Source: a virus. From it: a stretch of DNA of 64,000 nt. How positions within the stretch are numbered: the first letter of the stretch is position 1; the number at the start of each line of letters is the position of its first letter. The translations under genes were made by a program, and so were the position numbers. Positions 30,054 to 41,747 of the stretch are shown piece after piece. Under the pieces are notes generated by a model, which was given only the letters and a program-made list of their open reading frames with translations, was not told the origin of the DNA and did no database searches. The DNA is taken from IMG/VR virus record IMGVR_UViG_3300037247_001602, positions 30,489 to 94,488 of that record. The stretch is one strand, 5' to 3'.

Positions 30054-30392
30054 TCAAGGAGCTGGATCGTCGGTTGGTTGAAGTGCCGCTCCCTCTCCTC
30101 GAACTTCTCCTGAAACTGCTGATCGTATAAGTCCATCGTTATCCTCCTCGAAGCGAACAACATCATTATGACCTGGTGGAATAACTTCTTCGTAGGGATT
30201 CCCATCGAAGAGTTTAGCAACAGGAATGAGTTCGTAGCCTTCTTTTTCGTCCGGATTGTAGTTTACTGCACAGATTACATAGATCTTTTCGCCGTCAGCT
30301 TTTCTGGTGCATTCTACGAGAGCAAGCATCCCGTCATCAGCCGCCTGTACCATCGTATTAAAGTTGGCCTTGTAGCCTTCTGGGATCGCCAT
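30054..30392 (-). CDS. DUF6117-like protein
   Basis: NF.T...AA.DG.LALVEC...VICAV...P.AKLFDGNPYE pattern, recalled from memory. Confidence 0.5.
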   Translation of the reverse strand: MAIPEGYKANFNTMVQAADDGMLALVECTRKADGEKIYVICAVNYNPDEKEGYELIPVAKLFDGNPYEEVIPPGHNDVVRFEEDNDGLIRSAVSGEVRGEGAALQPTDDPAP

Positions 30393-33300
30393 GGATCACC
30401 TCTCTTCGTCTGGCAGTTTGGCGCAAACAGGGCAAGCCAAACCGATGAGTTCATAGCTATCGGAATCTACCTCTCTCCAGCCATCCGCATAGAGACGTTT
30501 TGCTAGTTTGTTGCCTAAATTTATGGAATCAATGAGGCCGTAAGGAATCATTCCTTCATCTTTCTCTTCACAGAACACACACTCTGCGTTCGCGAGTAGG
30601 AAGAAATCGATATGTTCGCGAATTAGTTTGATTCTTTCATGCTTTTTGGGTGAAGGCCTGCCGCCTTTCTTGGCCTTTTTCTTCTTCTTTTTAGCCATAA
30701 CCTTGCTCCTTCGCACGTGCCCGCACGGTTTTCGAGCGCTTGAGAGCCTCCTCCTGCGTTTTGTATTCGAATCTGCCTTCTTCCTCAAACTCATCGACGA
30801 GATCTCGCAGTTCTCTATCCGATGGAAACCAGTTGTATGGCGTTCCATGGCTCGTTAGAATTTGGATCGCATGCCATATATTCGCCTCGAATAGATCCAG
30901 GCGCTTTGTGTCCTTGTCTCGCTCTGCATTCTTGAACGAGACGCCGATACCGATACCTATGAGAATGGACAGTGGAATCAAAAACACCATATCACTCCTC
31001 CTTCCTCGCTCTCTCATGCTCCTTTATCTCGCGCAGTTGTCCTTCCGAGGGTTTAACCAATTTAGTTCTGTCTTTTGGAGGCAATTTCAAGAAGCAGCGT
31101 ATACACATCAAGGCCTCGCCACCTGAGTGGATTAGACTGGCCTTGCTGGCCCAAACGTCTTTCCTACATGTGTCGCATTTCTTGATGAGGCTGCCTCCCG
31201 CTACATGCTCAAGAGGTATGTCAGCCACGCGATGGCAAACCAGAACTGATTTTTCTGTCATTCTTAAGCTCCTTATACCGTTCTCATTGGTCATCTAACC
31301 TGTTTGGTTCGTGTTTGATGATGGCGACTGCTCTATGTCTAAACACAGCCACGTATCTTTCGCCCTCATATTTGATCTCGTAGATTTTGTAATCCCCCAC
31401 TGTGCCAATTAGCTTGGCCTGGGCTGGCTGTTCATTAATAATGTTCGGTTGAGACTTCTCGGTAGCATTCAGCGCTAAAGCCAATCCGAATCCCAATATG
31501 GCAATCAGCGAGATGCTTAGAAGGGCCTTTGCTACATAATTGTCCATGTTATCCTCCCATGAAACTCTTGATGATGTGCCAAATGAATGAAATGAAGAAG
31601 GCCAGGGCGCCGATGCTGACTCCGCAGGATGCTATTATTGCCATGGCCGATCCGACTATGACCGCGCCAGGTCTCTTACCTTCGAATGCCACTATGATCA
31701 CTGCTCCCAGTAGACCTAGCACAAGCGAACTTGTAATTGTGATAGCCGTCCATTTCATCATCATCGCAGAAGTTACTTCTTCCATCGTCTTACCCCTCTC
31801 TTGTACTTAGGTGACAACCTCGTCTTGCTCCACCTGGTTTTGGAAGAACTCAACCACCTCGTTATATACTTTCTCTGGATTATCAGGCTCCAAAATACAG
31901 AAGAACTCGCGATCTTCCCAGTAGATTTCGACGCCCAACTCCTGGGATAGATGATCATCATAGGTATCTTCCAAGCCTTCATCCGCGATATTCTGTGGCG
32001 GAAATTCAGGGAATTCGATCGTGACATTTCCATCTTCAGTGAGCGAAATTGTCGGGTCCCAACCCGATTGCTCATCGAATCCTTCAATCGTCTGGCTTTT
32101 GCTGACCATTTTGATCTTCCTTTTTTCCGTTGGTTTCAGGTTCTCCAGCATCTGATTTTCATTGTTCTCGATGAACTCTTCGAGTTCATGATAGATTTCC
32201 CTCTCAACATCCATAATTAGCCGGACGAACAATCGGCGCCTGTCCATGGAACAGAATTGTCCAACAAGCCTTTTTATAATGCTGACTCTGGCAGATTGGA
32301 TGAGTTGATTTCCATGCATATTTACATATTCTTTGAAAGCGCCTTCGACAATCATATTCACAAAATTGCGAATCTTCTGTTCGGCCTGAGGACGCCCTTG
32401 GCGCTGAATCAATTTGATTCGTTCATTTTTCTTTCTCAGAATATATTTAAGTCTTTCTACTTCCTCTTGCGGATTTTGCGGACTTGCGGGGCTTTGATCC
32501 ATTTTCTCCTCCTTGAACGCACTGCGGATCATCATATCGCCCAGCGCTATGTTCAGAGCGTCAGAAATGCCTGTCTTTTGGGGATTACGCATTGGCCATT
32601 GCCTCCAGTGTCTCGCCCAGGACAGCATCCAGATTCATACTGATGGCCATAGGCTCTTTCGTATACAGAATCTGGAGCTTCCGCTTGGCATCAGCAGACA
32701 GACGTAGCGAAGCGTTCAGCATGATCTCCAGCAGGGCGGCATCGGAACCAAAGGCATCCTCTTCGAGGTACTTGACATAGGTCCGCTGCGCTGGCAGAGG
32801 CACCGGCATTTTCTCTTGCTTGGACGTTGTGACTGCACGAGAAAGAGCATCATCGATGGCTCTTGGCAGCTTGTTCGGATCTGTGAGATTCATGGTGTTT
32901 CTCCATATCCGCCAGCATCTGCCGGCGCTCTTCTTCTAGTTTCTCTTTGTCGATGCCGAGGAACTCCAAGATCAAGTCCTCGCTCTTGGCATTTGCGGGA
33001 GTCAGCCATTTACAGCCTGGCTCAAAGTACGCCAATTCGTAGGCCTGATCGCGCTCTTCTGTCAGCCACACCATAAATCGGCGTAGATCCTTTATATTTG
33101 AGTGGCGCAGCTTTTCGGTTTCGGGGTAACTGGGCATCAGTCCTCCTTCTTCACCATCAGGCCTTTGATCACAGCCACTAGATCAGAAATGTCCAGCCTG
33201 CGCCCGAACTTCGTCGTGAAAAGTGAGCTTTGCAGGTAGTCCGTAATCTCGCGATCGAGAAAACCGTCGGCGAACATAGAGGCAATCCATTCGGCAAGTT

Positions 33301-34863
33301 TCTTTCGATTTTCAGAGTTCATCTGGCCCTCCTCTTTTTCAGGATCAATCCTCTTCCTATGTCGCCTTCGCAAACCCATTTGGGATTCTCTTTGGCGTCG
33401 ATATAGAAGACATTGAATCTCTCCCTGTACTTGGGGCGGACTATATCTTTGACATTTCGCGCCCAGATTTCCAGTAACACCCGATTGTCGCGCAGAAGCA
33501 CCTTAATCACCATCCTATCGACGCAATCACCGAAGCGAAGAAGTTTTGATTCTTTGATCAGTTTGTGCACATCAGGGTTATCACCCCGATATACTCGAAG
33601 CCAGATCCCTTTTCGGTAGCGCCTTCTATTTTGATCCTTCAAGAAAAACCATGACATACTTTCCTCCCTGGCAAAAAAGGAGGGGGTTAAGCCTCCTTCT
33701 TGGCTTCCTCCTTTGGGTGCAAGATCTGGATGTACGGCATGCCGCCAGGGCAAATCTCCTTGGGCGGGAACTCGCACACCTTCATCAGGCCGAGCGCTAT
33801 TCCTAGGCAGATCAGATGATCCATGTCCCGGTGTTCGCCCCACTGACGATCATTCTTGTCCATACACATATTGAGGAAGGACCAGCCTCCACCCTTGCTT
33901 TCGTGGAACTGATCTGGTAGCAGATCGAGCATTTGGGATACCTCTTCCCTGCGCGCCTGCAGCCTCTCAGAGTGGAATCCGAAGTTGCCCAGGAGGCCCT
34001 TCCCGACCACCATAACAAGGCCTTCCTTCGGTTTCCCGGCCTCGATCTCGTCCTCATTGAACAGGCATTCGCGAATGATTTCCTCAATTAGCTCTGTCGA
34101 AATCGTGTCCATTATACACTCCTTTCATGATCGTGTTTCTTTAACCAATTTGTTTCGACATGACGCACAGAGCCGGATCTGGGTAGTACGCATCGTGATC
34201 ACCCATACGCGCCAGTGATTGGAATTGCAGGCGCTGCACCCACCTGCTTCTTTTCTCTCCTGTTTGCAGACGTGCATTCTTCTCATCTCACACCGCCCAT
34301 CCGTTGCGTGGAGCCTGGATTGCGATTCCTGCTGCTTCTTCAAGCTCGACTCCCGCCCCTAGCAGGAATCCGAGTAGCACGCCCTCCCAGATGAAATGCA
34401 GTCCTGGATCTACTTCGACGCTGCGGTTCCACACTTCCTTATGCCAGCGATCTTGGATCTTCTGTAACTGCGGGGTTGCCGCCATTTGTTTTGCCATCGG
34501 CTTTCTCCAAATATAGGGCGTAATCTACGTCCCATCCAAGGTTCTGACACGTCAGCAGCCACACATCAGGTGTTTTCTCAAGGGACAACTTGAGCACCCG
34601 ACGAAATATTGTGCTCATATCGCCAATCAGCTCGAATTTCTTATTCTTCTCCACGGAGATTCGAACCAAAGCATTAAACTTATCATCCTGCTCTCGGATG
34701 ACTGCCAAAGTCGATTCTCCGCGCTTTATTCGTCTGGCCTTAACGATTGTGCTGATTTCTCGAACCATCTCTTGCGCGCAGTCAACCAGGCCGTCGATCA
34801 GGGCGTCCTTGGACGGATCATCCTCCGGACGAATTTTGTGCTTGGCTGCCAGATCTTTGGCTT

Positions 34864-35253
34864 TCATGGGCTTCTCCCTTGAAGATTCTCCTCTTTTTTG
34901 CAGCCCAATTCCTCCATCGCGTGCTGCAAGTCGGCCACCAGGAGAGGTTTCTGGAGAATGGTGAATGGGCCAGTATCGCAGTCGATGTGCCCTCGGGCCA
35001 GAGCGGGTTCACTAGTCACCATGATGAATGGAATCTTTTTGTCTTTCCGCCGAACAAATCTGAGGAATTTGGCCCCGTTCATCCTAGGCATCATGAAATC
35101 GGAAATGATCAGATCGAATTTTCCCTCCTCGAATTTCCTGCTTCCTTCGGCACCATTCGCGGCCTCTATAATCTCATGCTCTCCAATCATTGTGAGCATC
35201 ATAGAAACCAGATTCCGAATACAAAGATCGTCGTCCACCAGTAGAATTTTCAT
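34864..35253 (-). CDS. single-domain response regulator receiver (CheY-like)
   Basis: ILLVDDD, DLIISDFMMPRMNG, MVTS, QKP: all phosphorylation-site residues are present. Confidence 0.9.
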   Translation of the reverse strand: MKILLVDDDLCIRNLVSMMLTMIGEHEIIEAANGAEGSRKFEEGKFDLIISDFMMPRMNGAKFLRFVRRKDKKIPFIMVTSEPALARGHIDCDTGPFTILQKPLLVADLQHAMEELGCKKEENLQGRSP

Positions 35254-35285
35254 GACAAGCTCCTTCTCTCTGGGGGAATAAGTTC

Positions 35286-35699
35286 TTACTCTGTTCTGCC
35301 ATCCATCTTCGGCATCTTACCGAACGCCACAAAGCGCTTTGCGGCCTCTAGGGCGTCCTGCTTCCGCCTCCAGCCCGATCCACAGAAGACTTCTTCCATC
35401 GTTTGCACTCTGGTAAGCGCATACACTCTGAGGCCCCACGTTCGTTTGGTACGGGCGTTCTTATATAGCTCGGCCCTACGTTCGGTCCACAGCGCATCGA
35501 CAGCGAGATCACCAATTACGCCATGTACGCACAAGGCCTTACCCTCGAAAATCTCAGTGACCCTATAAATAATTTCATACTGCTTCCGCGCTTTGCTTTC
35601 GCGTCTGTCCGCTTTGGTCCAGGCCTTGCTGGCTCGCCTGTACTCAGTACAGATTTTTTTACGGTTCTTGAGCAGCTTGATAGCTTGCTTGTTCGTCAT
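35286..35699 (-). CDS. hypothetical protein, tandem paralog B
   Basis: Begins MTNKQAIKLL; near-identical to 35696-36151. Confidence 0.75.
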   Translation of the reverse strand: MTNKQAIKLLKNRKKICTEYRRASKAWTKADRRESKARKQYEIIYRVTEIFEGKALCVHGVIGDLAVDALWTERRAELYKNARTKRTWGLRVYALTRVQTMEEVFCGSGWRRKQDALEAAKRFVAFGKMPKMDGRTE

Positions 35700-36151
35700 T
35701 TGTTTTCTCCTTCCATCTTCGGCATTTTGCCGAATGCCACGAATCGTTTTGCGTCCTCCAGAGCGTCCTGTTTGCGTTTCCAGCCCGAGCCACAGAAGAT
35801 TTCTTCCATCGTTTGCACTCTGGTGAGCGCATATATCCGAAGACCCCATGTTCGTTTGGTGCGAACGCTCTTATACAGTTCGGCCCTGCGTTCGGTCCAC
35901 GGCGCGTAGACAGCGATCTTGCCTATATACACAGCTTTACCTTTGAAGACTACACTATTGACGATTTCGTCATTACCTACGTACAAAGCCTTACCTTCGA
36001 AGATCTCAGTGACTTCACGGGCAACCTCATACTGCTTCCGCGTCTCGTCCATTCGCTTACGTGCTCTGTCCCATGCTGCCTTGGCCTTCTTGAGCTGAAC
36101 CTTGATCTTCTTACGGTTCTTGAATAGCTTGATGGCCTGCTTGTTTGTCAT
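35696..36151 (-). CDS. hypothetical protein, tandem paralog A
   Basis: Begins MTNKQAIKLF; first gene after GGTATAAG at 36194. Confidence 0.75.
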   Translation of the reverse strand: MTNKQAIKLFKNRKKIKVQLKKAKAAWDRARKRMDETRKQYEVAREVTEIFEGKALYVGNDEIVNSVVFKGKAVYIGKIAVYAPWTERRAELYKSVRTKRTWGLRIYALTRVQTMEEIFCGSGWKRKQDALEDAKRFVAFGKMPKMEGENK

Positions 36152-37127
36152 TTGATTTCTCCTTTTCTCGGGCAGAATATTCTCTACATGATACTTATAC
36201 CGAATTCCAGGCTAAAAAAAAGAGGGGAGGAAAACCTCGACCCTCTTTTTCGCAACATCTAGGGTTCTTCTGGGAAAGGCAGTTCCTCACCCTTACGCTA
36301 GTCCATGACTCTTCTCCTTCCTGGCTTTCGCCAAACAACGGTCAGGCGGGGTTGGCCGGCATGCAAACTCTCATCGCTATTATCTTTATACCAGAAAAGA
36401 AAAGGAGGTTAGGCCTCCTCCTCTTCTTCTCCGGTCGCCTTAAGTATCATCTCAGATAGCTCCCGAAGCTCTTTCCCGACTTCCCGAATCATTATCTCGC
36501 ACTCCCCGGAATCTGTCATTCTCTGGCAGCGAAGAACATCGTTGCGCAGACTCGCCAACCTGTCTCTGATTCTCTCTATGTTGAGCTTCTTGAACTTGGT
36601 TTGCAGCTCGCTGTCGCGCATCGTCTCCTCCTCATGCCGCAAGGTGTAGCACTTCAGTGCGGAACTTCTCCCAACTGAGCCGGCGTTTCTCGCACATGGC
36701 CTCATGGGCGACCTGGAGAGCCTGTAGCATGATCAGTTCGAACTGTCCACGCTGCTTGACGGTGATCTGATGCTTCAGCCTCAGTTCATCACCCAAATCA
36801 TCATAGTATTTCATGCAGGCCCTTCTGTACCCAGTCCAGATCTCGCAGAAAATGAAATCCATCACAGACTGGTATCTGCCCATGTTCTTGCGAGCCGCCA
36901 CGTATTCCAGCGACTTCCACATCTCCGTGGAACCGTTCAACAAGTTCTCGACAGCAGGAAATATCGAGTCTGTGGCGCCGCCAGAAATCTTCAGTCCCTG
37001 CTCCATCGCCATACCTAGATTCATGCCCATCATGATTGGTCCTCCTATGCTCTCGGCACGATAAGTTTCCTCTGCAAATCTTATACCTTAAAAAAGAGAG
37101 GAGGGGGCGAGCCCCCCCTCTCTCTCC

Positions 37128-37889
37128 TCAAGGACTGTTACGGTCCTCTTCGATTTCCTCGCAGACTCTGCGTCTGCCGGTTAGGAGCCACTGGCTCAGG
37201 CGCTTGCGGAGCGCTTCTTCTTGTTTTGAGTGTGGATAGCCTTGGATCTGGGCCTCTACCGTGAACATTTTTCCTGCTTCGATCTTATAGCTTTTCCACA
37301 CTGGGACAGAGGTCTTCACATAATGACCTCTGGGGCTAACCGACACTAAGTGATGAAGACCGAGTATGCTGTTCCACGCAAGTCGCAGCATCCTCTGGAA
37401 CTCAACATCTAATTCCACGTCCTTTTTCAGGGCTTCGCAGAAATCGCTGTAGGAAACCTTGCCTACGCAAGTCGTTCCCGGCCCTCCCCGATTTCCGTAG
37501 ATGGCCATGACGAGAAATCCTCCCGGCTTTACAAGTTTCCGCCGTAGGATAACTTGAGCATCAAAGGTAATCACGGAATTCAGGTTGGTCATATAATCAA
37601 GATAGATCAAATCAAATGGATTTGCCTCCTGTAAGAGGTAGTCCGAGCTGTGTTGCCTCACTATCTTGACTCTTTTGTCTTCGTGCCACTGTATCTCCTC
37701 GACAATAGTTGGGACTATTTCGAGGCCGACAATCTCGGAGACCTCTTTGTATTGGGAGAAGAAGTCCAGATCCCAAACCTCCTCTCCGGGGAGACACAGT
37801 ATCCGTATCTTTTTGCGGTTTTTCAATGTGGCCATGATCTTAGTTAGAACGAGATTCTGCAATGCTCGCTTTGCAGGTACGAACTCCAC
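37128..37889 (-). CDS. putative SAM-dependent methyltransferase-fold protein
   Basis: ILCLPG, IVGLE, FDLIYLDY and LVKPGGFLV Rossmann-like motifs. Confidence 0.55.
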   Translation of the reverse strand: MEFVPAKRALQNLVLTKIMATLKNRKKIRILCLPGEEVWDLDFFSQYKEVSEIVGLEIVPTIVEEIQWHEDKRVKIVRQHSSDYLLQEANPFDLIYLDYMTNLNSVITFDAQVILRRKLVKPGGFLVMAIYGNRGGPGTTCVGKVSYSDFCEALKKDVELDVEFQRMLRLAWNSILGLHHLVSVSPRGHYVKTSVPVWKSYKIEAGKMFTVEAQIQGYPHSKQEEALRKRLSQWLLTGRRRVCEEIEEDRNSP

Positions 37890-37916
37890 AGGAGTCCTCC
37901 TTTCTGCGTATTGCGG

Positions 37917-39014
37917 TTACTCGCCAAGAGTCTTGAGAATAGTGCTCGCAGCACGCTTGGCGCCTACAAAGCTCGGATAGGGCTCACTCGCCTTCCTGGA
38001 GAGTTTCAGGCGCCCCTTGCTCCGAGCGTTAGTCACGAATAGATTCCAGGAAACGATCACGGCCTCCAGGCACTGCTCCAGGAATTTATTCTTCCTTTCT
38101 TCGGATGCCTTCTCACCGAGCCAGTTGCGCAAAGCCAAGACCGGGCTCGCTGAACCGAGATTAGCACCACTCGCGAGTCCATCCCAGAATTCCGATGCCT
38201 TGCCTTTGTCCGACGCTGAGGTGAAATACATCGCTGAGATTGCTATTCCTGGGGTCAGACCAAGCACCTTCTTGAAGACATTCTTGTACTCTGGGCATTG
38301 GTACCACCTGCACAACTCTGCAAATTGCGGATGGTCATTGAAGACAGCCTTGGGGTGTCTGGGTTTCGTTTTCTCCCTACCGAGTGTGACTCCCTTTCTC
38401 TTGATCGCCTGAGCATACCGGATGGACGTATTGATCGCATCCGTCAGCATCCCTGTAAAGTCCAGGGGATTCCCCTTCTTGTCTCTCCAACTCTCCATGA
38501 CATGCTTGGCGCTTCGGGCGATACCGTTGTCTATGAACTCGAAGTTCTTGTGTGGTATCCCTTGCACGACAAGTACTTCCATTGGTATCCCCGTCTCGAT
38601 TACTGCGCCGATTCTGTTTTGTCCGTCAAGAAGGCGACCAGTATCATCGATGATTATGCACTGCCCTGTGAGCATCCACGAACCAAGTTCAAGCTCACTG
38701 GCGTAAGTGCGCATAGCCCTCGGGACGATTCGCCGGTTTGCCCTGCGGTACGGAAGGAGAAGTACGGCCAACGCGGGGGTAATGATCGCCCAACGCATTG
38801 TGACATTTTCGGACTCCTTCATCTTCTTATATCCCTGTTCCAATAGTTTCAAGACCGCTTTCTTGTATGAAGGTTTGATGGATGATGATGGGAATTCCTG
38901 GGGGATAACAGACTTTTTAATGAATCTCATCTCTACTTTGCTGTGTACTGCTACTTTTGAGAAATCCCATTTGTCCTTCGACAACATACTTGTTCCATAG
39001 AGGCTCTTGGCCAT
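37917..39014 (-). CDS. ParB/Srx-like N-terminal domain protein
   Basis: NRRI...IIIDDTGRLLDGQNRIGAV...FIDNG.AR. Confidence 0.7.
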   Translation of the reverse strand: MAKSLYGTSMLSKDKWDFSKVAVHSKVEMRFIKKSVIPQEFPSSSIKPSYKKAVLKLLEQGYKKMKESENVTMRWAIITPALAVLLLPYRRANRRIVPRAMRTYASELELGSWMLTGQCIIIDDTGRLLDGQNRIGAVIETGIPMEVLVVQGIPHKNFEFIDNGIARSAKHVMESWRDKKGNPLDFTGMLTDAINTSIRYAQAIKRKGVTLGREKTKPRHPKAVFNDHPQFAELCRWYQCPEYKNVFKKVLGLTPGIAISAMYFTSASDKGKASEFWDGLASGANLGSASPVLALRNWLGEKASEERKNKFLEQCLEAVIVSWNLFVTNARSKGRLKLSRKASEPYPSFVGAKRAASTILKTLGE

Positions 39015-39207
39015 GCCAATCTCCTTGCTTCTCGGTTGAATGTGATAAGATCCCGTGATTTTTATACCTAGAAAAGAAGAAGATCAATTTGGCTAGAGTT
39101 AAGGTTCTCCTCCATGATTCTTATACCGAAAAAAGATAAAAGATAGAGGTAGCACTTGGAGGACCCAAGCTGCTTGTCGCTACCTCTGGGGGGATGTTGA
39201 GGATTGA

Positions 39208-39675
39208 TTAGGTGGGAGTATTGCCGATCGTGACTTCGACCTTTGTGTGTGTCGTGATTTCTGCGAGAGGCCCAGCCACGAAAGCCACAAACGGAACTCT
39301 GGCCAGCGTTTTCTTGGCGATCTCACGCTCCCACTCTCGCTTGTCCTGCGTGGCCATATAGCGGGTGTAGGCCACGTCGTGTGCATGATACCCATGTCCA
39401 GGAGCGTCCCTGGATCTCTGATCTCCTGGCACATGATAACTGGAGAACTCCAGAATCACGAAATGCTTGCCCCTGAACATGTCTTCTGCTTTTGTGATGG
39501 TTTTCATGGTTTTCTTCCTTTCCTCCAGCGCTTCTTTTGCCTCCTTCAACGTTGTCCTGAACACCGCTCGGTGTATCTTGAGTGCCTCGATCAGCTTGTT
39601 AGCAGCCATCAACCGATGGATCTCCGCCCACGCCTCTGCATTGTTCAGATTGGCATCGTCCTCTCCCGTTGGCAT
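39208..39675 (-). CDS. protein with ribosomal L7/L12 C-terminal-like helix pair
   Basis: KLIEALKIHRAVFRTTLKEAKEALE. Confidence 0.4.
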   Translation of the reverse strand: MPTGEDDANLNNAEAWAEIHRLMAANKLIEALKIHRAVFRTTLKEAKEALEERKKTMKTITKAEDMFRGKHFVILEFSSYHVPGDQRSRDAPGHGYHAHDVAYTRYMATQDKREWEREIAKKTLARVPFVAFVAGPLAEITTHTKVEVTIGNTPT

Positions 39676-40224
39676 CGCCTCCTCCTTTCTCGACTTCACC
39701 AGGATCAATCACGAAACTGTTTCAAGTGTCACGTAGTTGCCTCCTAGTGTCAATTATCTCAATTGCCTTGACAAGGGCCAGTCTGTCTTTCGCCTCTTGC
39801 CACAAATAATTGAGGCGACAATCAGATACGTGATCGCCACCAGACACCGTGCCACCGCACGTGCAATACGGGTTGAGACTCAAGTATTCCCGTATTAGTT
39901 GCTCCATGATTCTCCTCCTTTCTCGTCTCTCGCCAGTCCTCTAGCTCCCCGTCCTTTGCTTTTTGATTCGCTGCCGATACGCCAGATTCTTGTTCGTGTC
40001 ATTGCTGGACGGTGGAGAGTCCGTCTCGAAATAACAGATCGGGCAAGTCGCGCGATTCTGTGATGTAACCTTGGGATCATATTGCAGTCGCTCTCCAGTC
40101 TTCGATCGCATGGTGTAGCCTAGCCCCACGGCGTGCCTCCACATCCTTTCACAGGCAGGGCATTCTACTAAGCGGGTTTCCATGATCTCAGCCCTCCTTT
40201 CTCGTCTCTCGTCTCGATTTTCGC

Positions 40225-40953
40225 CTAATTGCTCAGGCTGAATATGTCGGACTCAGCAGGAGGCCCAACCAAGCCACCAGGAATCTCCGCATGAAGTCGA
40301 ATCTGGTAGTCATTGGCAGTGATACCCGCCTCATCAATGGACGCCTCCCAATAAGCCCGGTGTCGTCCTGCCGGCCACAGTATTCCCGGATTCGTCATCG
40401 TTGCTGGGACCCAGGATGAGATAGCCGAACCTCCCCGATACTCCATGATTGCATATACACTGAGGCCAGCAGTCCAAATGTCGTAATTGACCGTGACGTT
40501 TCCCGTTCCGGAATTTTCAATGGAAGCGATCGTGATATACGGAGGCGGTGACCCTGTGCTGAAAACCACGATAGGCATGCCCCTGTAACCGGCCTTGACG
40601 GCCTGATTTGTGCCATCGTCGATCACGCCATAGACATAATACAGCCCGTCCGCGACGCTGGTAACATCCCAACTGAACTTCGCGGTTTCATCGTTTTCGT
40701 TTTTAGTACCGATTTGCCATCCGTCAAAGCCCTTGTTGTCATAATCGGCGAAGAACGTAATGATCGCTTGATCATCCGGATCAGAAGCAACATAAGTGAT
40801 AAGCGCTGTTCCTCTCGCCTGTGTAAGCTTCGATTCATCTATCAAAGTGAGGGTCGGAGGAGAATTGGCACTGATGGGAGACGAGCTATCGGAACATCCC
40901 CCGATGCAGAACAATAAGGCGATCGTCAGAACAAAGGGTTGGGGTATACTCAT
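40225..40953 (-). CDS. lipoprotein with Ig-like domains
   Basis: Hydrophobic signal peptide ending IGGC, followed by a Ser-rich linker; beta-sandwich pattern. Confidence 0.65.
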   Translation of the reverse strand: MSIPQPFVLTIALLFCIGGCSDSSSPISANSPPTLTLIDESKLTQARGTALITYVASDPDDQAIITFFADYDNKGFDGWQIGTKNENDETAKFSWDVTSVADGLYYVYGVIDDGTNQAVKAGYRGMPIVVFSTGSPPPYITIASIENSGTGNVTVNYDIWTAGLSVYAIMEYRGGSAISSWVPATMTNPGILWPAGRHRAYWEASIDEAGITANDYQIRLHAEIPGGLVGPPAESDIFSLSN

Positions 40954-41318
40954 AATTTCGCTCCTTCTTGAAGATGTGCCTTAAGTTTCTTTCGCGACTT
41001 TTACCAGCCTCAGATCGGCCTTGTATTCTGGGCCCGTGTCATAGTAAATCCTGAAGACTTTGTAGTAGCCAACGTACTTGCCACTACGGAACGCAGGGAT
41101 CAGGGCCTTTCTGTCCTTCAGGATCGTTTCGTAGGGGTTGAACATGAATATCCCTTCGATTGGATATTTCACGGGAGCGCTATTGTCTTCCCTATGATAT
41201 TTCCTCCTCTCCATTCGTACCATGTCTTGATAGCAGTACCAACCGATGCAAAACGCCCACCCGAACTTGAACATGGGCATTTTCCCCCAGGCCATGAGCC
41301 ATCTTATCAGATCCATGA

Positions 41319-41609
41319 TCATGGCGCTCTCCCTGTCTGCTTGTAGGCCTCCAGTTCGGCTCTGAGGCGTTCGATCTCATCCAGAGCCTCAGGCATGGCC
41401 GTGCGGGAAGCGGCGATGAATTCGTCACCTGCGAACGATCCTGGGTTTTGCAGAATGGCGACAACCTGATACCATTGTGCCTTCTCGGCGTCCGTAACAA
41501 CAAACCGCATGGCTCCGAACCCTATGAGCTGGCATGCCCTCCAGGGCCCAGGTGTTGCCTCGTTACACAGTCTCCGAAGTTCCTTGATCCGCTTGGGCGT
41601 CATGCTCAT
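41319..41609 (-). CDS. Ead/Ea22-like protein
   Basis: ATPGPW...EFIAASR..PEALDEIERLR. Confidence 0.65.
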   Translation of the reverse strand: MSMTPKRIKELRRLCNEATPGPWRACQLIGFGAMRFVVTDAEKAQWYQVVAILQNPGSFAGDEFIAASRTAMPEALDEIERLRAELEAYKQTGRAP

Positions 41610-41747
41610 TTACATCTCCTTTCTCGACTTATGAATAGTTCCTTCAGTAGTCTTATACCCGGATTGGTTGCTGAAATAGTCTGGACAATCGGGCGCACCT
41701 AAGTTATATTAGGTTCCCACGAAGTGTAAGTAGAGTAAGTAGGCGGG

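Larger units (their letters stand above)
27706..41609 (-). other. block of ~35 tightly coupled small early or accessory genes
   Basis: Overlapping stop/start junctions with GGAG RBSs, e.g. 27706-27945, 28002-28415, 29002-29790, 29783-30136, 30396-30698, 31807-32502, 32850-33137, 33687-34112, 34439-34867, 36632-37033. Confidence 0.8.
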
